A stretch of 64,000 bases of DNA from Clostridiales bacterium UBA7044. Lineage in GTDB: Bacteria > Bacillota > Clostridia > Oscillospirales > Oscillospiraceae. The stretch covers positions 11,621 to 75,620 of the forward strand of contig DLAP01000022.1 of NCBI GenBank assembly GCA_002493965.1. The letters are read 5' to 3'. Below are positions 54,601 to 62,076 of the stretch, piece by piece. Position 1 is the stretch's first letter; every line of letters starts with the position of its first letter. A model generated the notes under the pieces. The model was not told the DNA's origin, did no database searches, and saw nothing but the letters and a program-made list of their open reading frames with translations. Position numbers and translations under genes: made by a program.

Positions 54601-56293
54601 GCCGGAGCTGATGAACCTCTTTAAGGAGGTCGCGGACATCAAAACCGCCGACCAGCTGCACCTGCCCACGCCCCAGGTGGAGTACCACAACATCGTGGCC
54701 CAGCCCACCGAACAGCAGCAGGAAATGGTGAAGGCGCTCTCGGAGCGCGCTTCCCTGGTACACAGCGGTACAGTGGACCCGTCCCAAGACAATATGCTCA
54801 AGATCACCAGCGACGGGCGCAAGCTGGGGCTGGACCAGCGGATCATCAACCAGCTGCTGCCGGATGAGCCGGGCACCAAGGTCAATCAGTGCGTGAACAA
54901 CATCATGCAGATCTGGCGGGATGGCGAGGCCGACAAGCTGACCCAGCTGGTGTTCTGCGACATTTCCACGCCCCAAGCCCGGCCCGCCAAAAAGGTGGCC
55001 AAGGCGCTGGACAACCCGACCCTCCACGCTTTGGAGGACGCGGTGCCGCTGGATGAGCCGGAACCGGCCTTTACGGTCTATGAGGACATCCGGCAGAAGC
55101 TCATCGCTAAAGGTGTGCCCGCCGAGCAGATTGCCTTTATCCATGAGGCCAACACCGAGGTGCGCAAAAAGGAGCTGTTCTCCAAGGTCCGCACCGGCCA
55201 GGTGCGCGTCCTGCTGGGCAGCACGGCCAAAATGGGCGCGGGCACCAACGTGCAGGACCGCCTGGTGGCGCTGCATGACCTGGACTGCCCGTGGCGGCCC
55301 GGCGACCTGGCCCAGCGAAAGGGACGCATCGAGCGCCAGGGCAACCAGAACGAAACCGTCCATGTGTACCGCTATGTCACCGAGGGGACTTTCGACGCCT
55401 ACCTCTGGCAGACGGTGGAAAACAAACAGAAATTCATCAGCCAGATCATGACCTCCAAATCGCCGGTGCGAAGCTGCGACGATGTGGACGAAACGGCGCT
55501 GTCCTTTGCCGAGATCAAGGCGCTGTGCGCCGGGGACCCGCGCATCAAGGAACGCATGGACCTGGATGTGGACGTGGCGCGGTTAAAGCTGATGAAGGCC
55601 GACCACCAGAGCAAACAGTACCGCCTGGAGGACCAGCTACTGAAAACCTTCCCGGAGGAGATCGAGAAAAACAAGGGGTTTATCGCCGGACTGGAAGCCG
55701 ATATGGCGACCTTGGCCGCCCATCCCCACCCGGAGGACGGCTTTGCCGGGATGGAAGTCCGTGGCGACACCCTCACCGACAAGGAAAACGCTGGGGCCGC
55801 GCTGCTGGACGCCTGCAAGGAGGTCAAAGGGGCCGACCCGGTGCCGGTGGGCAGTTACCGGGGCTTCACCATGTCGGTGTCGTTTGACGCTTTCCGGCAG
55901 GAGTATATGCTCCTGCTGAAAGGCCAGATGACCCACCGGGCGACGCTTGGCACAGACCCCCGTGGAAATCTCACCCGTATCGACAATGCGCTCAGTCAGA
56001 TGCCCCAGCGGCTGGAAGCGGTGAAGAACCAGCTGGACAATCTCTACCAGCAGCAGGCCGCCGCCAAGGCAGAGGTGGGCAAGCCCTTCCCACAGGAGCA
56101 GGAGCTGCGGGACAAATCCGCCCGGCTGGCCGAGCTGGATGTACTGCTGAACATGGACGGCCGGGGCCGCCCTGCGCCGGAGGCGGTGCTTGCCAAGAGC
56201 AGCCGCCCCTCGGTGCTGGAGGGTCTGAAACGCCCGGTGCCGCCGCGCTGCCCCGAAAAGAAACCCAAACACCACGAACAGGAGGTGCGATAA
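48656..56293 (+). CDS. Giant ArdC-like / N6-adenine methyltransferase / SNF2 helicase protein (DarB-like)
   Basis: YVGWGG, LEPSCGVGNF (motif I), GNVPF (motif IV), AHEVGAGKT, VDEAH, ATGTP, QRKGRIERQGN. Confidence 0.92.
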   Translation: MPTKAEQYAQMADQVARQLTGSWQEWAGFLTNAARLYKYPFHEQLMIYAQRPDATACAEYDLWNNRMGRYVRRGSKGIALVDDSGDRPRLRYVFDISDTGTRKHSRTPWLWTLNEEHTAPVMAMLERNYDVSGSDLPQQLADVAAGLAEEYWTDHRQDILYIVDGSFLEEYDEYNIEVQFKSAAAVSITYALMSRCGLEPEQYFSHEDFMAIFDFNTPATVGALGTAVSQINQQVLRQIGVTIQNYERAKSAERSATHGEQPDLHEERRLPDPRPEAVRTAGEAPGQVRQDAQGVPEGTPAHPVQPAADEREAVPAPSGDRRDREQPSGADDVPAGERRGRDGGAESQRPDGLGGPDEHLQGPGGGDPAGGTYQQLTLNLFLSEAEQIHKIDEAESVKTPSAFSMPKPAAQAEPVRRALTQADIDAAIQEWNGKIESKHAVVRYMRDHAREKDTAAWLRQEFGDNLPAFPVTADGAAGDVPWPKIQRRIAQLIKEDRFYTEAEQDRFDNIDPIAIREALAERGIVNGQVVDPEKLDNDPFIQRVMQDVEAVSAEEQAEAEPPAPDLSGRPVTREGDTLTIGSGEPTHEMDITVSDEEYEAIQQAIPEKKVYDPAAPVYHEGDTVYLDNQEYQITELREGTVQLLPSNMAYPIFRAESRERFETLLRADTRNEAINEFLPVNPNTADQDLRDVLVHGLIGAPDKAELSELLHTGKPNREIAQWLGRAFPGIVETMELETGDTADYRTTSEGIELEVLDAEEKRLAMLYFRWDEVAPLLRGLYARQLDGFGREQAEPAITADTTVEEPIEPAKPIEEPATEAPAFHSDPVTVYPGEQNHLPYDVVVERLHVDQSEPTPPEPTPDVEPGEKPEHPVAIPVNGEWQTFPNQRTAEQAAYQEYRDNLRRNAQNFHITDDHLGEGGPKAKYQANVAAIKLLKYLEETTGQATPEQQEVLSRYVGWGGVADAFDPSKTAWAKEYAELKELLTPEEYEAARASTLNAHYTSPTVIRAIYDAVEQMGFRTGNILEPSCGVGNFFGMLPESMAGSRLYGVELDSISGHIAKQLYPKADITVAGFETTDRRDFYDLAIGNVPFGQYQVNDKAYNKLGFNIHNYFFAKSLDQARPGGVVAFVTSRYTMDAKDSTVRRYLAQRAELLGAIRLPNNAFRANAGTDVVSDILFLQKRDRPLDIAPDWTQTGRTEEGFTVNQYFLDHPEMVLGRPTAESTQYGKQDYTVVPIEGMELADQLHNAVQHIHGTYQEAALPELGEGEDIDESLPADPNVKNYSYTVVDGAVYFRENSRMVRPDLNATAEARVKGLVGLRDCVQQLIDLEMDAAAPDADIRAQMAELNRRYDDFYAKYGLINDRANRLAFADDSSYYLLCALEVLNEDGRLERKADMFTKRTIKPHEAVTTVDTASEALAVSISEKACVDMAYMEQLTGKTGEELAAELRGVIFRLPGPVPEGERPQYVTADEYLSGNVRRKLRQAQRAAEQDPDFAVNVEALTAAQPKDLDASEIEVRLGATWIDKEYIQQFMYETFDTPFYLQRSIEVHYTPFTAEWQISGKNVVGQNNVAAYSTYGTGRANAYKILEDSLNLRDVRIYDTVEDADGKERRVLNAKETTLAAQKQQAIRDAFRDWIWRDPERRQALVRQYNEEMNATRPREYDGSHIVFGGMNPAITLREHQKNAIAHVLYGGNTLLAHEVGAGKTFEMVGAAMEAKRLGLCQKSLFVVPNHLTEQWASEFLRLYPSANILVTTKKDFEKHNRKKFCARIATGDYDAIIMGHSQFEKIPISKERQERLLHEQIWEITEGIAEVEASGGERFTVKQLERTKKSLEARLEKLQAEGRKDDVVTFEQLGVDRLFVDEAHNYKNLFLYTKMRNVAGLSTTDAQKSSDMFAKCRYMDEITGSRGVIFATGTPVSNSMTELYTMQRYLQYDRLQELGMAHFDCWASRFGETVTALELAPEGTGYRARTRFSKFFNLPELMNLFKEVADIKTADQLHLPTPQVEYHNIVAQPTEQQQEMVKALSERASLVHSGTVDPSQDNMLKITSDGRKLGLDQRIINQLLPDEPGTKVNQCVNNIMQIWRDGEADKLTQLVFCDISTPQARPAKKVAKALDNPTLHALEDAVPLDEPEPAFTVYEDIRQKLIAKGVPAEQIAFIHEANTEVRKKELFSKVRTGQVRVLLGSTAKMGAGTNVQDRLVALHDLDCPWRPGDLAQRKGRIERQGNQNETVHVYRYVTEGTFDAYLWQTVENKQKFISQIMTSKSPVRSCDDVDETALSFAEIKALCAGDPRIKERMDLDVDVARLKLMKADHQSKQYRLEDQLLKTFPEEIEKNKGFIAGLEADMATLAAHPHPEDGFAGMEVRGDTLTDKENAGAALLDACKEVKGADPVPVGSYRGFTMSVSFDAFRQEYMLLLKGQMTHRATLGTDPRGNLTRIDNALSQMPQRLEAVKNQLDNLYQQQAAAKAEVGKPFPQEQELRDKSARLAELDVLLNMDGRGRPAPEAVLAKSSRPSVLEGLKRPVPPRCPEKKPKHHEQEVR
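49428..49784 (+). CDS. tnpV: TnpV-family protein nested in the +1 frame of the helicase gene
   Basis: GAAAGGAG RBS; MENNLTYTRNGDYLIPDL..LGKYGRMRKAYLKEHRP..LKASDPMAWVGLMN..AEE; strong GC3 codon bias. Confidence 0.8.
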   Translation: MENNLTYTRNGDYLIPDLKLSEQPEKPLGKYGRMRKAYLKEHRPILYNQLLMSEKLYPHLREIDETANSRLEQMMSQLAKDVGATEALKASDPMAWVGLMNTCKAQAEEILLAELINS

Positions 56294-56294
56294 C

Positions 56295-57362
56295 ATGAAT
56301 ACCGACAAAAACACGGCCCTCTATGAGAAGATGGCCGCCGAACAGGACAAGTTCCGGGACTGGCTGAAAAGCCAGCCCCCGGAGGAAATTCTAAAGCATA
56401 CCTATGAGTACACGGTCCGGGAGGACATCCTGATGGCGATGGAGGAGCTGGATCTGCCCCAAAGCCGGGCCGCCGCGCTGCTGGCGTCGTCGTCCCCGCT
56501 GGCCGATGTCTACAAGGAGTTTTCTGACCGGGAAACTTCCTACATGGATGTGGTGCGGGACAGCATCGAGCAGCGGGCCGAGGCGGCACTGGACGCCCAG
56601 CGGGAACTGCCGCTCTACCGGCACGACGCCGCCTATGCCCGCGAACAGGGCGACCTGGATTTGTACCGGGCGTCCCGGCGCGCCAACATCGCCTGCAAGG
56701 AGGCCATCGAGGCGTCCATTTCGGAACATTACCGGGACAACCGGCTGGACAAGGATGCGGTGCCCCAGGTGATCGAGCAGTTCGGCTACACCCGCATCCT
56801 CTATGTGCTGGCAAATACCGTGCAGCAGAAAGAGTGGGATGAGCGTTTCAGCCCGGCCAACAAAGCGTGGGCCAAAACGGTGGACATCCCGCCCAACCCG
56901 GACGGCTTCGGCGGAGACCGCAACCTGGACTTCGTGGTGGACAGCCACCCCGGCCTGGTCGATCTGTTCTTGAGCCAGGCGCGGCAGGATTATCTGCGGC
57001 TCCAGCCGCTGACACCGGAGGAAATCCACGCCGAGGCCGCCCGGCTCTTGCAGGAGCTTCGTGCGCCGGATACGCCCAACAGCCCCCACGGCACCCACTA
57101 CATGGCCCGCGTTTCGCCGGACTTTCTGGCCCGCGCCGGCACCCAGGCCCACGACCAGCTGATGGCGCTGCTGCCGTTCCGCAGCTTGGCGATCACCGGC
57201 ATGAAGGACCTGCCCGGCACCTATGTTACCATCCTGGCCAGCGAGGATCGTTCCAAAGAGCTGCGCCAGCGCCGCCCTTCGGTCCGCCGCCAGCTGAAGC
57301 AGGAGCCACGTTCCGCTGAAAAGAAAGCGCCCGTTCGTAAGAAAAAGGAGCCGGAGCGATGA
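56295..57362 (+). CDS. DUF3848/DUF3849-like protein
   Basis: LYEKMAAEQ..YEY..REDI; LYR..AAYARE..YRAS..NIACK.AIE; SHPGLVDLF. Confidence 0.8.
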   Translation: MNTDKNTALYEKMAAEQDKFRDWLKSQPPEEILKHTYEYTVREDILMAMEELDLPQSRAAALLASSSPLADVYKEFSDRETSYMDVVRDSIEQRAEAALDAQRELPLYRHDAAYAREQGDLDLYRASRRANIACKEAIEASISEHYRDNRLDKDAVPQVIEQFGYTRILYVLANTVQQKEWDERFSPANKAWAKTVDIPPNPDGFGGDRNLDFVVDSHPGLVDLFLSQARQDYLRLQPLTPEEIHAEAARLLQELRAPDTPNSPHGTHYMARVSPDFLARAGTQAHDQLMALLPFRSLAITGMKDLPGTYVTILASEDRSKELRQRRPSVRRQLKQEPRSAEKKAPVRKKKEPER

Positions 57363-57703
57363 GCGCCCCCAAGCGCAAACGGGAGGTGCAGCTGAACTTC
57401 CGGGTCTCGCCGGAGGAACTGGCGCTGATCGAGCAGAAGATGGCCCAGCTGGGGACAAAGAACCGGGAAGCCTATCTGCGCAAGATGGCCCTGGACGGCT
57501 ATGTGGTGCGCCTGGAACTGCCGGAGCTGAAGGAGCTGGTGTCCCTGATGCGCTATTCCAGCAACAACCTGAACCAGCTGACCCGCCGTGTGCATGAAAC
57601 CGGGCGCATTTACGACGCCGACCTTGAGGATATATCCCGGCGGCAGGAGGCTTTGTGGGACGGGGTGCATCGGATATTGACCCAGCTGGCAAAGCTGTCG
57701 TGA
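57359..57703 (+). CDS. mobC: Relaxosome accessory protein MobC
   Basis: RHH N-terminus FRVSPEE..YLRKMA; NNLNQL. Confidence 0.9.
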   Translation: MSAPKRKREVQLNFRVSPEELALIEQKMAQLGTKNREAYLRKMALDGYVVRLELPELKELVSLMRYSSNNLNQLTRRVHETGRIYDADLEDISRRQEALWDGVHRILTQLAKLS

Positions 57704-57725
57704 CAGGGGCATACGCCCCAGCTGT

Positions 57726-57775
57726 GAGGGAGGCACGGCGCGTGCGTGCGGCTGCGCCGGGCCTCCCTCTTTTTT
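57726..57775 (+). terminator. Intrinsic terminator after mobC
   Basis: GAGGGAGGC..GCCTCCCTC followed by TTTTTT. Confidence 0.7.
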
Positions 57776-57844
57776 CTTTGCCCGTATCGTTGCACTTTTG
57801 CGGGCCGCAGGCGATAATGGAGTCAGAAACGGAGGTGAAGGCTG

Positions 57845-58150
57845 ATGTTGACATTTGAAAATATCTTGGAGTTGTTTCAAGAGTATCTGCTGCGTGACCC
57901 GGAGGAAGAAGTTCTCCCTTGTAAACGCGGCTATGTCCGATTGACCTGGGACAAGGATTCCCGCTACTGCGTGGACGGCATTCTCTGCCGGACCCCGGAG
58001 GAACTGTTCGATATACTTCTTTCGGATTTTCAGGACTTTGCCATGATCTGCCGGACGCGGGGACGCCGGGAGGTCACAGAGGCGGACGAAAAGGCCGTAG
58101 AGGAACTGTGCCAGCCATACCTGGACTGGCGGAAGGAGGCGCTGAAATGA
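57845..58150 (+). CDS. Hypothetical protein
   Basis: GGAGGTG RBS; promoter-like TTGCAC-N17-GATAAT at 57790-57818. Confidence 0.75.
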   Translation: MLTFENILELFQEYLLRDPEEEVLPCKRGYVRLTWDKDSRYCVDGILCRTPEELFDILLSDFQDFAMICRTRGRREVTEADEKAVEELCQPYLDWRKEALK

Positions 58151-58458
58151 GAGCGGTACTGTTTATTTTGAAATTGGGGCTGAAAATCCTTGCCGCGCCG
58201 GTGGTGCTGGCGCTGATGCTGTTCACCTGGCTGTGCTTCGGGCTGCTGTATGTTTCCAGCTTTATCTTCGGCTTGGCCTCTACGGTGGTGGCGCTGCTGG
58301 GGATCGCGGTGCTTGTGACCTACTCGCCACAAAACGGCGTGATCCTGCTGGTGATTGCCTTCCTGGTCAGCCCGCTGGGCCTTCCGATGGCCGCCGCCTG
58401 GCTGGTGGGTAAGGTGCAGAACCTGCGGTTTGCGATCCGGGACGCGGTGTACGGTTGA
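58147..58458 (+). CDS. Small ICE membrane protein (CD1845-like)
   Basis: AAGGAGG RBS; LKILAAP..AFLVSPLGLPMAA. Confidence 0.78.
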   Translation: MRAVLFILKLGLKILAAPVVLALMLFTWLCFGLLYVSSFIFGLASTVVALLGIAVLVTYSPQNGVILLVIAFLVSPLGLPMAAAWLVGKVQNLRFAIRDAVYG

Positions 58459-58471
58459 ATTGGAAGCGAAG

Positions 58472-58503
58472 AATTGCCGGGAGTGATTGCCCGGCAATTT
58501 TTT
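58472..58503 (+). terminator. Terminator before abiE
   Basis: AATTGCCGGG..CCCGGCAATTTTTT. Confidence 0.7.
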
Positions 58504-58506
58504 GAC

Positions 58507-58548
58507 TTTACTTTCGTGCTAATTTCGCGTATAATATTAGCATGAAAG
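58507..58548 (+). promoter_or_regulatory. abiE promoter with inverted-repeat operator
   Basis: TTTACT-N17-TATAAT; CTTTCGTGCTAAT (58511-58523) / ATTAGCATGAAAG (58536-58548). Confidence 0.7.
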
Positions 58549-58552
58549 GAAG

Positions 58553-59155
58553 GTGAAGAACGTGAGCCAATTTCAACAGTTAGACCAGCTGATGGAACGT
58601 CAGGACGGGATGCTGCGCACCGGGCAGGCCCTCGCGGCCGGGATCTCAAAACCTGTTTTTTATCAATTCGTGCAGTCTCGTGGGCTGGAACAGGCGGCGC
58701 ATGGGATTTATCTTTCCAAAGATGCCTGGGTGGACGCCATGTATCTGCTGCATCTTCGCTGTCCGCAGGCAGTTTTTTCCCATGAAACGGCGCTGTTTTT
58801 CCACGACCTGACCGACCGGGAGCCGCTGGCCTACTCTGTCACGGTCAAGACAGGGTACAACCCCACCCGGCTCAAGGACGAGGGCGTCCAGGTCTTTACC
58901 ATCAAGGCGGAGCTGCATGAGGTCGGCCTGACAACTGCGCAAACCCCCTTCGGCCACGATGTGCCGGTCTATGATATGGAACGGACGATCTGCGATGTGC
59001 TGCGCAGCCGGAGCCACATCGAGATGCAGACATTCCAGGACGCTTTGAAAGCGTATGCCCGCCGGAAAGACAAGGACCTGCGGACGCTGGTGCGCTATGC
59101 CAAACTGTTCCGGGTCGAGAAGATTTTACGCCAGTATTTGGAGGTACTGTTATGA
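58553..59155 (+). CDS. abiEi: Type IV TA antitoxin AbiEi
   Basis: wHTH ..GIY, SHETAL..H.L.D, YDMERTICD; GTG start at 58553 or 58562. Confidence 0.9.
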   Translation: MKNVSQFQQLDQLMERQDGMLRTGQALAAGISKPVFYQFVQSRGLEQAAHGIYLSKDAWVDAMYLLHLRCPQAVFSHETALFFHDLTDREPLAYSVTVKTGYNPTRLKDEGVQVFTIKAELHEVGLTTAQTPFGHDVPVYDMERTICDVLRSRSHIEMQTFQDALKAYARRKDKDLRTLVRYAKLFRVEKILRQYLEVLL

Positions 59156-60000
59156 TAAAGACAGCCAGACAGCTGAAAGATTTGATCCGCAACCTGTCAA
59201 AGAAAAATGCTGCGGATGCGCAGATTTTGATGCGCAACTATATGATGGAGCGTTTTCTGGAACGCATTTCTCTCTCGTCCTACCGGGACAAATTCATCCT
59301 CAAGGGCGGGATGCTGGTGGCCGCGATGGTCGGTCTGGACGCCCGCTCCACAATGGACCTGGACGCAACGGTCAAGGGAGCCAACGTCAGCATAGAGGAT
59401 GTGGAGAACATGATGGCCGAGATCATCGCCGTTCCCATTGATGACGGCGTTACCTTCCAGGTGAAAAAAATTTCAGAAATCATGGATGAAGCGGAATATC
59501 CCGGTATCCGGGTCACGATGACAACGCTCTTTGACGGGGTGCGCACCCCGCTGAAAATCGACATTTCCACCGGCGACGCCATCACCCCTAAAGAGGTGCG
59601 GTACAGCTTCAAGCTCATGCTGGAGGACCGCTCCATTGATGTTTGGGCCTATAACCTGGAGACCGTGCTGGCTGAAAAGCTGGAAACCATCATCACCCGC
59701 ACCACGACCAACACCCGTATGAGAGATTTTTACGACATCGCCATCCTGCAACAACTCTATGGCAGCACTCTGGACCCGCACGTTCTCCATGACGCGCTGC
59801 TGGCGACAGCCCACAAGCGCGGCACCGAGCGCCATCTGGCCGAGGCCGCCGAAGTCTTTGATGAAGTGGAGAACAGCCCGGTCATGCAGGACCTGTGGGC
59901 GGCCTATCAGAAAAAGTTCTCCTATGCGTCCGACCTTGGCTGGGATACGGTCATGGCTGCGGTCCGTCAGCTGTTCGCTCGTTGCGAGGGCACGGTATGA
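59152..60000 (+). CDS. abiEii: Type IV TA toxin AbiEii (nucleotidyltransferase)
   Basis: FILKGG, RSTMDLD, AEKL, TRMRDFYD. Confidence 0.92.
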   Translation: MIKTARQLKDLIRNLSKKNAADAQILMRNYMMERFLERISLSSYRDKFILKGGMLVAAMVGLDARSTMDLDATVKGANVSIEDVENMMAEIIAVPIDDGVTFQVKKISEIMDEAEYPGIRVTMTTLFDGVRTPLKIDISTGDAITPKEVRYSFKLMLEDRSIDVWAYNLETVLAEKLETIITRTTTNTRMRDFYDIAILQQLYGSTLDPHVLHDALLATAHKRGTERHLAEAAEVFDEVENSPVMQDLWAAYQKKFSYASDLGWDTVMAAVRQLFARCEGTV

Positions 60001-60347
60001 AAAAGCGTGGACACTACTGCAAGGTCTGTGGCGAGTATAAGGCAAACGAAAAGTTTTCTGGCAAGGGACACGCCGCGCACATTTGTAAAACCTGCGCCGC
60101 TCTCCCGCCAGAAAAGCAGGCAGAAGAAATGGCGCTTACCCGGCTTGTCAACCTTCCCAGGCGATTATCCAAAGAACAACTTTCGTGGTTGAAGAAACGG
60201 ATGAAGGACAAGCGGGATGCCGTGCGGGCCTTGGCAACGGAGCAGTATGAAATGCGGTTCCCGCCCAGGATAGAACTGGATGAATTGGAAGATGGCTTTG
60301 AGGAAGATTTCGATTTTTATATGGACGAGGAAACTGATATAGAGTAA
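59997..60347 (+). CDS. Small Zn-finger protein with acidic tail
   Basis: ATGA overlap with abiEii; GHYCKVC..NEKFSGKGH..HICKTC. Confidence 0.75.
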   Translation: MKKRGHYCKVCGEYKANEKFSGKGHAAHICKTCAALPPEKQAEEMALTRLVNLPRRLSKEQLSWLKKRMKDKRDAVRALATEQYEMRFPPRIELDELEDGFEEDFDFYMDEETDIE

Positions 60348-60405
60348 ACCGATGCGGTCTGTGATAAGCAGGCCGCTTATTTTTTGGAAAGGAGGCGGAC
60401 CCCAC

Positions 60406-61818
60406 ATGGCCACCACCCGCATCATACCGCTGCACGCCGGCAAGGGCCGCACGGTCGGCAAGGCCATCAGCGACATTATCGACTATGTAAAAAATCCAGA
60501 CAAAACCGACCACGGCAGGCTCATCACCAGCTACCAGTGCGACAGCCGCGTGGCCGACGCGCAGTTCCTGCTGGACAAGCAGACCTACGCCGCCCGCACC
60601 GGCCGGGTGCGCGGTGCGGACAATGTGATTGCCTACCACCTGCGGCAGTCCTTTGTGCCGGGCGAGATCACGCCGGAGGAAGCCAACCGCCTGGGCGTGG
60701 AGCTGGCCCGGCGATTCACCAAGGGCAAGCACGCTTTCATCGTCTGCACCCACATCGACAAGGCTCACGTCCACAACCACATTATCTGGAACTCCACCAC
60801 GCTGGAATGTGACCGCAAGTTCCGCAACTTTTGGGGCAGCACCCGCGCTGTCCATCGCCTGAGCGATACCATCTGCATCGAGAACGGCTACTCCATTGTG
60901 GAGGTTCCCAAGCGGCGCGGTCAGAGCTACAACAAGTGGCTGGGCGATGCGGTCAAGCCCTCCCACAAGGAGCAGCTGCGCCAGGCCATCGACCGGGCGC
61001 TGGCACAGAAACCGGCCAGCCTGGAGGAGCTGCTGCGCCTGTTGGAGCAGGACGGTTTTACCGTTCACCGGCGGGGCAAGACCATCTCTATCAGCGCGGA
61101 GGGCTGGGGCAACAACGTCCGCTTTGACCGGCTGGGAGATGGCTACACGCTGGACGATTTGCTGGCGGTCCTCTCCGGCCAAAAAGAACATACGCCCCGC
61201 AAGCAAGCTGTCCCGCAGGTCGCCCCGCCCAAGGTCAATCTGCTGGTGGACATCCAGGCAAAATTGCAGGCCGGGAAAGGTGCCGGGTATGCCCGCTGGG
61301 CGAAGGTGTTCAACCTCAAACAGATGGCGCAGACCCTCAACTACCTGTCCGAACACGGACTGCTGGATTATGCCGATCTGGAAACCAAAACGACAGAGGC
61401 GACGGCCCGCTACCACGCGCTGTCCGACCAGATCAAGGCCGCCGAAAAGCGCATGGCCGAGATTGCCGTACTGCGCACCCACATCGTCAACTACGCCAAG
61501 ACCCGCGACACTTATGTGGCCTACCGCAAGGCCGGGTATTCAAGAAAATTCCGGCAGGAGCATGAGGAAGAAATCTTGCTGCACCAGGCCGCCAAGGAGG
61601 CGTTCAACGAGCTGAACGTGAAAAAGCTTCCCACGGTCAAGGAGCTTCAGGCTGAGTATGCCAAGCTGCTGGCAGATAAAAAAGCAGCCTATGCCGAGTA
61701 CCGGCAGGCCCGCGCCGCCATGCGGGAGCTGCTGACGGTCAAGAACAATGTGGATCGGGTCCTGGCGATGGAGCAGACCGAACCGCAACAGAAAGAAAAA
61801 GACCACGGCCAGCGGTGA
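60406..61818 (+). CDS. Relaxase (MOBP-type HUH)
   Basis: IIDYVKNPDKT, AYHLRQSF, THIDKAHVHNHII; AAAGGAGG RBS. Confidence 0.93.
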   Translation: MATTRIIPLHAGKGRTVGKAISDIIDYVKNPDKTDHGRLITSYQCDSRVADAQFLLDKQTYAARTGRVRGADNVIAYHLRQSFVPGEITPEEANRLGVELARRFTKGKHAFIVCTHIDKAHVHNHIIWNSTTLECDRKFRNFWGSTRAVHRLSDTICIENGYSIVEVPKRRGQSYNKWLGDAVKPSHKEQLRQAIDRALAQKPASLEELLRLLEQDGFTVHRRGKTISISAEGWGNNVRFDRLGDGYTLDDLLAVLSGQKEHTPRKQAVPQVAPPKVNLLVDIQAKLQAGKGAGYARWAKVFNLKQMAQTLNYLSEHGLLDYADLETKTTEATARYHALSDQIKAAEKRMAEIAVLRTHIVNYAKTRDTYVAYRKAGYSRKFRQEHEEEILLHQAAKEAFNELNVKKLPTVKELQAEYAKLLADKKAAYAEYRQARAAMRELLTVKNNVDRVLAMEQTEPQQKEKDHGQR

Positions 61819-61856
61819 GCCGGTCGTGGTCAAAAGCGTTCGCCAGAACGCGCAGC

Positions 61857-61948
61857 CACAGATTGAAAATCTGTGTTCAAAGGGGGCTTGGGGGACTTCC
61901 CTCAACAAGCGCGTGGGGCTATCTGGATAGCCACAGGCATCGCTTGCC
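61857..61948. other. Hairpin cluster after relaxase, putative oriT
   Basis: CACAGAT-TGAAA-ATCTGTG; GGCTATC-TG-GATAGCC; followed by CTTGCC. Confidence 0.35.
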
Positions 61949-61990
61949 AATATTATCCCGAATCCAAGATAACTTCGGCACAATCAGCTT

Positions 61991-62035
61991 CCTTACAAAC
62001 CCGTAAGGTTGCTTCAAGCCACTTTATGATATAAT
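61991..62035 (+). promoter_or_regulatory. Response-regulator site and extended -10 promoter
   Basis: CCTTAC-N6-GTAAGG inverted repeat, then TGnTATAAT. Confidence 0.55.
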
Positions 62036-62076
62036 CTACTTATGTACTCTCACTCTTAATGAATGGAGGGATCAGA

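Noticed and set aside
50295..55887. Other same-strand alternative-frame ORFs inside the helicase gene
   Set aside because: Unlike TnpV they lack an RBS, family motifs and codon bias, and overlap conserved catalytic domains
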